The translations under genes were made by a program, and so were the position numbers. Under the pieces are notes generated by a model. It saw only the letters and a list, made by a program, of their open reading frames with translations, made no database searches and was not told the DNA's origin. From Macrostomum lignano (taxonomy: Eukaryota): a stretch of 64,000 bases of DNA. The stretch covers positions 7,276-71,275 of the forward strand of contig NIVC01000205.1 in the NCBI GenBank assembly GCA_002269645.1. The letters are read 5' to 3'. The number at the start of each line of letters is the position of its first letter. Position 1 is the stretch's first letter. This document shows, one piece after another, positions 50,375 to 62,057 of the stretch.

Positions 50375-50652
50375 CATACATGCGCAACCCCCTGATTTAC
50401 ACTGGCCATGCAACTTACTTTTTGACCAAAAATGCAACTTACCTGGGAAAGAAACCCTAGAGCAACATTAACATAATTTTGGGTAAATGGCAGGCAGGAG
50501 TAACTATGACTGTCTCATAAGTACTAAATGCCTTATCATCTAATTAGTACTAACTACTATGTTTGTATTCTTTAGGATGGGCATTTTTGCAACTTACCCT
50601 TGGTCTACCACAATTTACAGTGGCCAGATTGGCCAGCAGTTGCACATGTATG
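50375..50652. mobile_element. hAT-type MITE, copy B of the same family (278 bp, CpG-decayed)
   Basis: TIR CATACATGCGCAAC / GTTGCACATGTATG; 8-bp TSD CAATAGAT (50367-50374, 50653-50660); internal sequence colinear with copy A. Confidence 0.92.
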
Positions 50653-52185
50653 CAATAGATAGTCAAATGCCTTTTTTGTTTATTCTAATAAGCTCCTAAA
50701 GGGATTAAAAATTTAAAAAACTATTTTGAATAAGCTTTTTAGTATATTTGCAATTTGCATCTAAGTTTAATTTAATTGCTGGCAATTAAAAACTTCAAAG
50801 TTAATTTTAATGGTTGTAGGCCTATTAGAGCCAACTGATAAAATAAATTATTGTGTCCCATTGCCAAGATAATTACTTAATTTAAATTTCCCAATTATAT
50901 ATACCCAATATATGACAGGATAAGCAAAAAAATTTAGATGTTAGTAGATAGCTTTATATATATTATATATATAAAATTATATATTGGCAGTAAAGATATA
51001 TATATATATATACATATATGGCCTAGTTATATATTGGCAACACAAATGTGTACATTTTATTAAATATAGTCTCATGATTACTTATTGCTTTGTAGAAGTG
51101 TTATAGTTTTTTAAAAAGTAAATTTATGCCAATAGATGCCTCTAAATGCAATATTCAAATAGAAATCCATTGTTGAACAAGATCTTAAAATAGCCATATG
51201 TTCAGGTAGGTGACTGTAACTTAAAAACTGCTTAATAAAATAGATAATTCCTTGCATTAAAATCATATTAAATTGGTACATAAAATAGTTGCTAAATGCC
51301 ACATGAGGTTCTTCTAATTCTTGAAGCTTTAAAGCTTTCAATATTTATAATAAGTTTTTCCTTAAAAAGTAAATTACAGTGTATACCTTATTAGAATCCA
51401 TTTTTCTATATTTGATAAAAAATAGCAATTGTTTAATGCTATAGCTTTTTATCTGAAGTATATACAAACTCATTGTTTAATTTATTTAAAAGCAGGGAAG
51501 TTTTTGTAGATGGTGGACATAGCAGCAGGTCTAAGCTTAGGCCATGATTTTAGTCAGGATTCCTGACTTTTTAGAACAAGCAAGCCCTATAGGGCCTAGA
51601 TATAACTGTCCTCATCTTATCTCCTTTGCTACACCTCTTTTATCTTGTCATGTTTTATTGTGCTATGCCATACCTTTGTATCTCATTGTACCTTTCCTAT
51701 TTTGCTATGATACATCATGCAAGACCATACTTTTCCCTACCTTGCCCTTGCCATAATCTGCCACTATTATACCTGATTGTGTCTTTCCCTGCCTCACCAT
51801 GCCATACCACACCATGCTATGCTGTCACCAGACTGATCTATGCTAGATGCCATCTGCCAAAATGTCTATGCTGTGGTGGCCAGACTGTCCGCAACTGGCA
51901 GCACCAGTGCAGCCGCACTGGAAACCCCCCCCCCCAACCTCTGTCTAGCTGAGGTGGGGTGGTTGCCACCACGCTAGCCTGCTTGCTAAGCCAGGGGGTT
52001 GGCATAGCCTATCACCCCACGCCACCTGTTCGCACCTCCCTAGGCCCCTCATGAATCTCGCGCAGTTTGTGTAAATATAAATATATTTTTGGCACCCTGA
52101 AATAAGCCCCAGAATGCTAAATGACACTGTGATTTTGATGCTTAAAAAACAATGGCGAACATTCATGCTGTGCTAAGAAGAAGCC

Positions 52186-52392
52186 ATGGACTCAAAGTCT
52201 GGTCAGCCTCGGCTAGCTCGTGTCACCAAGGTGATCGGTCGCACCGGCTCCCAGGGTCAGTGCACCCAGGTGCGCGTCGAATTTCTGGACGAAAGCAGCC
52301 GGTCGATCATTCGCAACGTGAAAGGCCCGGTTCGTGAGGGTGACATCCTCACCCTGCTGGAGTCTGAGCGCGAGGCGAGAAGGCTGCGCTAA
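52186..52392 (+). CDS. RPS28: 40S ribosomal protein S28 (eS28), uninterrupted CDS
   Basis: [24 protein letters not shown]...[28 protein letters not shown] is near-identical to the eS28 consensus; good Kozak context GCCATGG. Confidence 0.98.
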   Translation: MDSKSGQPRLARVTKVIGRTGSQGQCTQVRVEFLDESSRSIIRNVKGPVREGDILTLLESEREARRLR

Positions 52393-52629
52393 GTGTTGCA
52401 AAATCGATGGAAGCGGTTCAAAAATAGTTGGCAAAACTTCGAATTTTGAAGAATTCGTATTGACTGAATGTTGAAATACAACAGCTAGATCAGCTTTTAG
52501 CTGTTTCGTTTCACCAATTCAAATCTTAGCTGTGTTTTGGCAATTGAGCTGCCCTGGATTGAAAAAATAACTGGTTAATTGACTACAGTTTGTTCTGCTG
52601 AGTTGATTCTTTTTTGTGCTATCGTTCTC

Positions 52630-53010
52630 TGATCCTGAAGTGGACATTCTGATCCTGAAGTGGACATTCTGATCCTTTAGTGGACATCCTGATCCTTAAG
52701 TGGACATTCTGATCCTTGAGTGGACATCCTGATCCTTTAGTGGACATTCTGATCTCTTAGTGGACATCCTAATCCTTTAGTGGACATTCTGATCCTTAAG
52801 TGGACATTCTGATCCTTTGGTGGACATTCTGATCCTTAAGTGGACATTCTGATCCTTAAGTGGACATCCTGATCCTTTAGTGGACATTCTGATCATTTAG
52901 TGAACGTTCTGCTCCTTCGATATTATTATCCTTCAGTGGACATCCTGATCTTTCAATGCATTTTGGTTCCTGATCATTCAGTGTACATTCTAATGCGGTA
53001 GTGGACATTG
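52630..53010. repeat. 20-bp minisatellite TGATCCTTAAGTGGACATTC
   Basis: Read directly; degenerate to the right. Confidence 0.93.
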
Positions 53011-53133
53011 TAGTCTCTCGCAGAGTCTTTTATCATACTGATATTCAATTAATTCCAACATTAGAAATGAGCTGCAGATAAGGGATCCAGCCAGCGTTCT
53101 TTTGTAGATGGTAATTGCATTCAACACATTCCG

Positions 53134-53809
53134 CAGTGGCGTATACAGCTAGTGGGGCCAATCGCTCCCACAAAAATAGCGCGAGACAGTGGTAAGGGGC
53201 GCTCAGCATGAGACAGGGGCGCTCAGCATGAGACAGGGGCGCCCTCCATTATACAGGAGCGCCCACCATGAGACAGGGGCGCCCTCCATTATACAGAAGC
53301 GCCCACCATGAGACAGGGGCGCCCTCCATTATACAGGAGCCCCCACCATGAGACGGGCACCCTCCATAAACAGGAGCGCCCACCATGAGACAGGGGCGCC
53401 CTCCATTATACAGAAGCGCCCACCATGAGACAGGGGCGCCCTCCATTATACAGGAGCCCCCACCATGAGACAGGGGCACCCTCCATAAACAGGAGCGCCC
53501 ACCATGAGACAGGGGCGCCCTCCATTATACAGAAGCGCCCACCATGAGACAGGGGCGCCCTCCATTATACAGGAGCCCCCACCATGAGACAGGGGCACCC
53601 TCCATAAACAGGAGCGCCCACCATGAGACAGGGGCGCCCTCCATAAACAGGAGCGCCCACAATGAGACAGGGGCACCCTCCATAAACAGGAGCGCCCACC
53701 ATGAGACAGGGGCACCCTCCATAAACAGGAGCGCCCACGAAGACACCAAATATTGCCTCCACAAAAGGGTTGCGGTCTCCTCCAATTAAAAATCTTTCGT
53801 ACGCCACTG
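53134..53809. mobile_element. Probable hAT-type MITE carrying an internal 40-bp minisatellite
   Basis: TIR CAGTGGCGTA / TACGCCACTG; flanks ACATTCCG and ACCGTCCA match only 5 of 8. Confidence 0.7.
53197..53745. repeat. 40-bp minisatellite CCACCATGAGACAGGGGCGCCCTCCATTATACAGGAGCGC
   Basis: Read directly. Confidence 0.93.
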
Positions 53810-54027
53810 ACCGTCCAATTTTGAATTTAAAAGGGTAAATATTTCCGATAGTCTTGCTGCGAAAGAAATGAAAAACACAGAAGTTCATTTGAAAACGTAA
53901 CGTGACATTTCTTGCGTATATTCTTTCAAGCCTTTACTAAACTCTCTAGATTTTTCTCCACGATCATGAAATTAATTTTGCCAATAAGTGGACATTGCGT
54001 AAGACAAACTAAACAGACAGAAGTTGA

Positions 54028-55917
54028 TCATTTGGAGTCGGTTCTTAACTCAACCGAGTCCTTGCTCCCCGGTCGTTTTACTAATATCGTTCGCTTAACT
54101 GTGATCCATTTGCATTTTCTTGCTGACTTTTCGTTTTTACTAGGCATTTCTTGCATTCCTTCTGGACAGCCCTTGCAGCCCAGCTTCCACACTTTGTTGG
54201 TTACCTTGATTGTTTTGCCGTCCTCTGACTTGAACCAATCGGTGGGCTGAAACGAATCGCACGACTGCCAAAAGGACGCACTTTCCGAGCCGGGTGGCTG
54301 CTGAATCGGCAGCTTCTGAAGATTGCGCGGCGTGTTCATTCTGTCTTCAAGACTCAATGCTGCAGCAGTGCTCAATGAACTCAGGCCTTTCTTTTCTATC
54401 AGACTTGTCATTCCAGCGCCATCAGTGACTTTTCTTGAGTCACTCTTGAAGTTCTTTTCACCTTGATTGGTTTGCTTCTCAGGTAAAGATGTCGTATTCA
54501 TATCTGCTGCAGTTTCAGCCAAGCGGCTTCGGTTTAATAGCCTGTACTGCTTGAGCAACTTCGGATCGATGTTCTGCGGATCGTCGTGGTCAACGATGCA
54601 GGCCATGTGCAGGAACAGGAACTCCTTGTACGCTCTGCGATCCATTGATGCCAAATCCTTATTGCGGTCACTGAAGCACATTGTCTTGCACGTGAACTTC
54701 ACGGCGTTTAAGTCTAGCCATTGCTTTAGCTCGTCTCCGGAATGGTGCTCAACGTTCATTGCGAGCCACTTTGTCGCAAGATCGTTAAAGTGGTTTCCAA
54801 TGCCAACAGTTTCGTCGCACCGGGTCAGCTTGTTCAGCACGGACTCCTTCCACTGAGATCTCACGGATGTAAGAAAGGAGACTGCCCAGTCCAGACTTTC
54901 CACCCTGCGGCACTCCTCAATGGCGTAGCTGATTGCGTCACAGAAGTAGCTCAGCAAGAAGTGACCGCAGCCAATCACTCGAAGCAGATCTTGTCTATTG
55001 GGCTCAATGTGGAAGTCTTTGTCAACGAGCACCAAAGTTTGGCCTTTTGCATGGTCGTGATAAAACATAGGACTGTCCGAATATTTGTCACTGCTGTAGT
55101 TTCTGAACCGGCGGACAAGCTCCTTGGCAAGTATGAGTTCCATTTCTCTCACAGACGCAACCATCTCATTGCTCACTGAATTGTCCTCGTCCCAGTGATG
55201 GACATAGTGTAGGCATTCGTCAGTTTTGAGCGAATTTATGACTGTTGCTACTTTCTGCGACTCGCTTTCCTTGTAGTTATTTTTCGCATACTTTTGTTTA
55301 GTATCAAAATCTTTATAAACTTTGCCTGGGGACAGTTTTGCTTGGTTTTTAATCAAGCTGTTAGTTTTAGTATCACTCGCAAGCGGAATCTTTTCGTTTG
55401 CTTTGGTGGAATTCTGTTTGTACTGCAACTCTTTTTGCTGCTGAAGTTGTTTCGCATCAATTTTACTCGACGCTTTGCCGCCCTGTCCTGATTCAATTTT
55501 TAGTGACGTCATTTCCATGTCCCGCTCAGATTTTATTGTATTACCTGTCTTCCCAGCAATAGGTACCTTCTCAGCCTGAGCGGTCTGAAACACAATGATA
55601 TCCTCTACACTTGTAGTCGTAGTGGTTTCAACGTCTTCAACTACCACGGATCTGATCTCGCTTACACTGGCGATGTTGCCATCCGGTTGGTTACGACTTG
55701 CGGTATCATTTTTGCCAGCTTTGAGTGCTACAACGGACGTAGTTTCGACGTAACTCGTTCTCTTGTGAACAGTGACGCTACTTGTACTTTTGATGCTGGA
55801 CACGCTGCTGATGCTAATGGTATCTTCGTCCTTGTCCTGCGAAGGTTTGTCTTTGCTGACTTTGACATTCTTGACGGCAACCTTCTTGGATTGATTTTTC
55901 GTGAAATTCTTTTTCAT
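54028..55917 (-). CDS. Single-exon hypothetical protein, 629 aa: K/S/T-rich N-terminus and a probably globular helical centre
   Basis: 1.9-kb non-repetitive ORF; no family recognised. Confidence 0.72.
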   Translation of the reverse strand: MKKNFTKNQSKKVAVKNVKVSKDKPSQDKDEDTISISSVSSIKSTSSVTVHKRTSYVETTSVVALKAGKNDTASRNQPDGNIASVSEIRSVVVEDVETTTTTSVEDIIVFQTAQAEKVPIAGKTGNTIKSERDMEMTSLKIESGQGGKASSKIDAKQLQQQKELQYKQNSTKANEKIPLASDTKTNSLIKNQAKLSPGKVYKDFDTKQKYAKNNYKESESQKVATVINSLKTDECLHYVHHWDEDNSVSNEMVASVREMELILAKELVRRFRNYSSDKYSDSPMFYHDHAKGQTLVLVDKDFHIEPNRQDLLRVIGCGHFLLSYFCDAISYAIEECRRVESLDWAVSFLTSVRSQWKESVLNKLTRCDETVGIGNHFNDLATKWLAMNVEHHSGDELKQWLDLNAVKFTCKTMCFSDRNKDLASMDRRAYKEFLFLHMACIVDHDDPQNIDPKLLKQYRLLNRSRLAETAADMNTTSLPEKQTNQGEKNFKSDSRKVTDGAGMTSLIEKKGLSSLSTAAALSLEDRMNTPRNLQKLPIQQPPGSESASFWQSCDSFQPTDWFKSEDGKTIKVTNKVWKLGCKGCPEGMQEMPSKNEKSARKCKWITVKRTILVKRPGSKDSVELRTDSK

Positions 55918-57860
55918 GTTTGATTTCGCACAGTCGAGTTGGGTTTTTCAGTGTCTCGACCCGAATTGATGATGCACCTTCATTTCTGGAATTGGTACTG
56001 GAATCGGTATTTTTAAATCAAGCTTGGATAGCTGCATGTGTAGACTAAATATTTAGTCTATGTTTGGAGCGAAATCCGGGATCCCTTATAGTTCTGCTAT
56101 TTTTAGTTGATTTTTCCGCTCAGTATGAGCCACGCAACGTTGAATTAATAAACAGACAGAAGTCCATAAGGCCCTACTCTTAATCTAGTAGTCTGCGCGA
56201 GTCTTGCAAGATTAATTTCCTTGACGACATTATAATAAAACTCGGTTCGACTGGTCCCTGTCGCGCTTCTTGGCGTAACATGCTACGCAATTAGGATGTG
56301 ATTACTGAGAAGCTTAAGAAAATATGTGCCTAACCGCGTCTCAGCACACGACACGACAGCTAGTTTCCCAACAATTGGTGAACAGGCTTTTCAGGGTTTG
56401 ACAGAGCAGGTTGGAGATGCGGAGGCGCCAACTAGCTGAATATTCAGCAAGCTATAGCCGCGGAATCAGTGGTCATTGATTTAACCAAAGTTAGTCTAGG
56501 AGTTTAGAAATTTGGGACATTAGTAGCTCGTAATTGCTGCAGACCCAGCATTGCCAAGCTAGGGAAACTGTTGGATCGTGTAGCTAAGTCTAGACCTACT
56601 TCTTGAAGTAGTTATTCTAAATTGGGAGCTGAAAGTGTAAACTAATGGATATGCTGCTACTGCCGCTGTTTAAGTCTTTGATCTTCGTGCTCTGACAAAT
56701 GCAGGCTAAATGTTTCCCAGACTATCAAGCCACAGATATTCTTTGCTAGAATTGTCTGCCTCATATCGTGAAAGAAAAGAGGAGAGGGCGTTTAGTGTGA
56801 ATTGGAATGTCGATAAAAAATGATTAACCCCGAGCATAGACCAATTATATTACAGTCGCTCGGAAGCTTAGCTAGAGCTCCGACGTGGGACCGATTTTCG
56901 AGTTGGACTCTAATACCATTCTCAGATAAAATTGCCTATCGCTTCCTAGGGACACCACAAAATCAAATGCCAATGTAATGGCTGACTGCCTAAGGCTCAG
57001 CACGTTGCGCCCAAGCGTTTGAATAGAACGATATCAATTATTTCAAGCCGCTGAAACGCTGCCCAGCAATTTGGTCCAGCGCCAGTTCGCCAATCTATCT
57101 CTTGCTCGCTCCGTTGCATCGAATAGAGTTCAGTTTATTCGGAAAGTTACAAAATTTTAAATTGAGCCTAGCAGACTACGCGACTAACAGTGGCCGCTCC
57201 CAGAGGAGAATTTGCTTGTCAAGTATAAGCACTAAACGAACGGCTTGGCTCCCTCCAGACGAATTTTGCATCCAGCTTGATGGTGGGAGCAGCTTTGGCA
57301 TATTAGAATTTTGCTACCAGTTTTTGTCTGTCGATTTCGATGACGGATCAGTAAAGTCGCGGCGAGCATTCGAGGGTGCTTGAAAAATACTACAGGGTGT
57401 CTCTGGAGACTGGGTCGGTCGGTTTTAGTGTCGTAAAGCGAAAAGAGGAGTAGGACTGCATGCAGTTTTAAAGCGGCACGGACGAAAATGCGTTATGGCG
57501 TTCGTGCTCCTATTTCTGAATTGCATTAGAAATCTGAGACGGCTGGCATAACGAATAGGCAAACTCAGCCACTATGCCACGTGTCCAATATGCATTAATC
57601 GAATAAATTTTAATAGCCGGTAATCGCATAGTACAATAAAAATGCTCATACATGCATAATGTAGCTTGCTATTGGCTAAGCGGGCTATGGACCAATCAAG
57701 TAGAGAGGATTCGGACCTGAGCTTGGTAGAAAAATTTGCGTGAATTCTGGAGTGCAGCTTACCAAACTGGGCTTATTTGGCTCTCCGATCTTGAGCCCAG
57801 CATTCAAGAACGAGTAGGACGAGTAAAAACCGAGACAATTTCATAGGAACAAGCAAGCAA

Positions 57861-59484
57861 ATGCAGTCGGATTTCGGCAAACGCCGTCAAATTCTGCGCA
57901 ACTACGTGGACAACTTCACCAGCAATACCACAGCGCACGGGTTCAGCCGAGCCAATGCCCAGCAGAACTGGGTGCGCCTTGTCTGGGTTGGCATTGTCAT
58001 GTCGGCCTTGTTAGGTGCAATTTTTCACGCTACTCAACAGGTGACAACCTACCTGCAGTATCCTGTGAGCAGTACGAATCGTATGGAGCCGAATTCGTTT
58101 GAGTTCCCAGACTTGACGATGTGCGATCCTCTTAATAAGCGCTTCTTTCACTTGACCAGCGCTGAACTGGCTGCGAAAAGAAATCGCTCAGAAGAGCTAG
58201 AAACAACCTACAGTCTGGTGTACAGCTACTTCAACACTGAGACCGATTGGCGCAAGGAGCGCAAAGCTATCGAGATGATTTACACAACCTGGGAGCACTT
58301 GCTGAATATCACGGATGTTAACATTCGGCCAATGGACATGGTGCTTTACTGCACGTTCGACGGTGTACCTTGTGGTCACGAGGACTTTCAGGTGTTCTAC
58401 CACCGAATGTACACCAACTGCTTCACGTTTCGCTCACCTGTACGCCGATTACGCAGCAGCGGCATGGACCGGGGCCTCTTTCTCCTGCTCTACGTGCCAT
58501 CTGCCGACGTCAGCCTCAAGATCGATAGTCTCGCCAGATTGGCCTCCGGCTTAGAAAACAATGGCATCCGATTTCAGATTCATCAGCGAGACACAATCCC
58601 GCATCCGCTGGAGTACGGCATCATGGCGCCCACGGGTACACTCACGGCTGTTGGTCTTGAACAGGTGACAACGTCGCTGGCTAACACACCCACACACCCG
58701 TGCATACCGCGGGAGCAGCTGGAGCTGTACGACAACCAGTTCGATTTTACGCGCACTTACGAGAGGCAGCTATTCGATTGCATCAAGGCCGAGTACCACC
58801 AGGAGGTGCGCAAACTCTGCCACTGCGTTTTGGAGAGTCATGTGATAGTAGATCACAGCTTCAACTGTTCATCTGTGACCTTCTGTCACGATCTGATTGG
58901 AATGCGCGATCCTAACAGGGTAAAGAAGATAAAGCAGCTGTACAAGCAAATCTCAGAAAAAGTAGGGAAGCGGGAAGATTTATCTGGCTACATCCGCTTT
59001 GGCCAGGAGATGCGACGCGCCGACCCAAGCCTAGATGAGGCGCTAAATCGCATGTTGTGTTCGGACAACGTCTCGGAGAATGTCGTCAAGCCGGAACTGT
59101 GCTACGATTCGTGCAACTATAATACGTACTCCTACAGCCTATCACAGTGCCCCTGGCCAGAGGACTCATTTAAAGTGCGCAATGCACAAATTCAAATGAT
59201 CAAAATCTCTGAAATGCTGGACGCCTATCGAGATCGACACAAGCATATTTTTCCGCGACCCGCTTTGACTAAGTCGATGCAGGAACACAACCTGAGCACG
59301 GCCAGTTGTCAAACGTTTGACACGCAGAATATGACGGTGCCGGATCAGGAAGAATGCAAACGCGTTCAGGGCTTTGTTCGACGATCCATCGTGCAACTGA
59401 GGGTCTACCCGGAAACTCTGACTGTCCGGCACACGATAGAGGAGCGGAGTTACGAGCTGGTGAACCTCTGCTCAGATTTTGGCG
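57861..59484 (+). CDS. DEG/ENaC (amiloride-sensitive, FaNaC/ASIC-related) channel, exon 1
   Basis: TTAHG motif, TM1 (LVWVGIVMSALLGAIF), FPDLTMCD, Cys-rich thumb, IVQLRVY...EERSYELVNLCSDFGG; GTAAGC donor in phase 1. Confidence 0.93.
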
Positions 59485-61611
59485 GTAAGCAGATGTGGAA
59501 TGTCTGTAAATTTGTATAAAAAACGATGCTATAAACATTAAGTGCTTCACAACTGTCACAAATAGCATGTCACGCATTCAGTTATGACTTCAGTTACTAT
59601 ACGAACAAGTAATCAACCAAAACCTTGAAACCCTAGTCAGCATCAAATCAGTAGCGGATCTTTCTGGATCAATCGCTATTTGTTTCAGTTCATTCCGGCA
59701 AGTTCTGAGAGTTCTTCGATATACTCTAACTGAATTTTGATTCTGACTAACTGAATCCGAGCTGCTATGGTTTAGCTAGGCTCACTAGCTGTAGAGTCAA
59801 AGTCGCCCACCCTGCACACAATACTTTCACGGGGCTGTTGTAGTGTCGTCAATAACTATTTGTACAGCACTAGCGAACCACTCCAGCACAAGAGGATTCT
59901 CTGTAAAACAGCAGGTGCCTGCAAAGTACTGACTAGTGTGTTTCAGCCCATTGAGAAGCTCTTTGACAGTACCGGTACTAGGGAATAGTAATCAATAGAG
60001 TCCTCTCCCGCTGCGTGCATTGCGCGAATGCAGATATGTTAATTACGCTCGTATTTATGGCAAGGCTCTCTCTACAAAGCGTGTATACGTATTTGTACAG
60101 TACTCGCTCGATTTGAGTCGGATAAGTTAGCTAGCTCATATTTTCACGTTTTAGCATTGCAGTCCTATTTACATTAAACTGCTGTTTCGTGCACATTAAT
60201 TAGATCATTGTTAATGATTACATCTGGCCAGAGAATATTATCGCTGTCTATAGCCATCCATGATCAATAATGTCATGCCCCGCTCTAATCCAAGCCCCGC
60301 TCATTTATCCAAATGATTTCTGCACCCGGTATCCATTGGCGAAAAATTCCATTAGTTTTCTTTCGAAGGCCAAATGTAAATAATAATAATTATTATTATT
60401 ATCATTATGACTTTTGTGCTTCGCTGGCAACAGTGTGCGACTTAAGCAGACTCTTTTTCAATTTTTAATGCCGGCTATTTGTCCTGGATAGCAAGGCCCA
60501 GTGGAGTGGGTGTCCATTACCTGGCCTTGTATGGGGCCTATCCCGGTCTGGCCGGGCTTCCCTAATCTAATTTGCCTCGGCGCCATACCGAATGCGGGGG
60601 CGCGGATGACTAATCTGCCTTTGTGTCCGCCTACCAGATCCAAATATTTTATTTGACTTTTCGCCATGCAGTCGCTAGCAAAGCTGGGATTTTGTGGATT
60701 AGGGACTCACTGAATTGTTAAATTTTCCCAGCTCATATTCTGCTACGAAGAGAGGAGATCGGCTTCTAGTTACAGAAGTGCTAAACTGAATTTTGCTACG
60801 AGTATTGAACTCAATCCTGCTCACTAGCAGGTAACGGCACCTGTACTATCTGAATGGATGACTCGATGATGCTTAACCATATCACATTCGATATATGGAG
60901 ATGCAATAAGTGTAGGTCAAGGGTGTTGAAATAAAAAAAAATGTCGATTACACGGCACTGTATATTTAGATCGCTTCGAATGCCGAGAAATAGCTGTCAT
61001 GCGGAAAGAAGCGATTTTATATTGATGACATTATCCAAAATGCTCTAAACCCTTGATTTTTATGTTGTAAGCATTTAAAACTGTAAGGTAAATATATAGA
61101 ATTTTAATAACAACTGTGAAGTTTTACCGTCCTATTGGTTTCATAGAAAATTACAAGACAATCTAGATGAAAAAGACAGTGACCAAGTGGTATTCCCGGG
61201 CGCGTCTCATGTATGCCAAGACTCCAAGCGCAAATTTTATCAATCACTGGTGAAAAAGCAGTGTGGTGCGAAACCGCTTGCCCTGGGTGTAAGCCGTGCT
61301 TTCATTTATTTGCCTTAAGACAATAAAACAAGTATTTCCCTTCAGTTAGAGGGCAGAGACATCCAGTGAAATTGTGACATAGGCTGGATATGTATCATGA
61401 ACGCTGTGCAATTGATCTGAAGCAGCTCGTATTTGTCCATCATACAAGTGACGCCGACATCCCTCGGCGTAATCCGTCATGTAAAAAGACCCAATTCGCC
61501 AGCAACGTCCATCCACTGGATTAGTTAGTAGAAGTCAGTTCTTAACGGTACTTCTTGCATTCAAAGCATAATCAAAATACAATCTTCAATTTTCATCACA
61601 AATTTTTTCAG

Positions 61612-62022
61612 GCGTACTGGGCCTCTGGATCGGATTCAGCATAGTGACTATCTTTGAGTTTATCGAGATATTCATAATCTGCGCCTCGTACTACTGGTAC
61701 AGACTGATTGGCCAGATACCCAGAGCCAAGCGCAACCCGATGCTCGTGCCAAAGAAGCCAGGGTTCCCGCGGCAACGTCAGCAGCAGCAGCAGCAGCAAA
61801 ACGAACAACAGCAACAGACTCGGAACTACGGCAGAGAGACGGAGCTGCTAGTCAGCGCTTCGCCTATCGTCCTGTCCTCGTCGGCCCCAATGAGCATCCA
61901 GTCGGCACTGAGCCCCTGCGACAACAATAGTCAGCCGCAGTCTTCGCAGCGGCCGAGCTCTCGTCGGCAGAAACAGCAACCGCACCGGCTGCAATATCAG
62001 CAGCAAGGCTACTTCTTCTTCT

Positions 62023-62055
<33 letters not shown>

Positions 62056-62057
62056 AA
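61612..62057 (+). CDS. DEG/ENaC channel, exon 2: TM2 with the GFS filter and a Q-rich tail
   Basis: ttttttcag acceptor in phase 1 gives GGVLGLWIGFSIVTIFEFIE. Confidence 0.9.

Noticed and set aside
60458-60700. GC-rich patch and 69-aa ORF in the DEG/ENaC intron
   Set aside because: No recognisable motif, splice support or repeat boundary.
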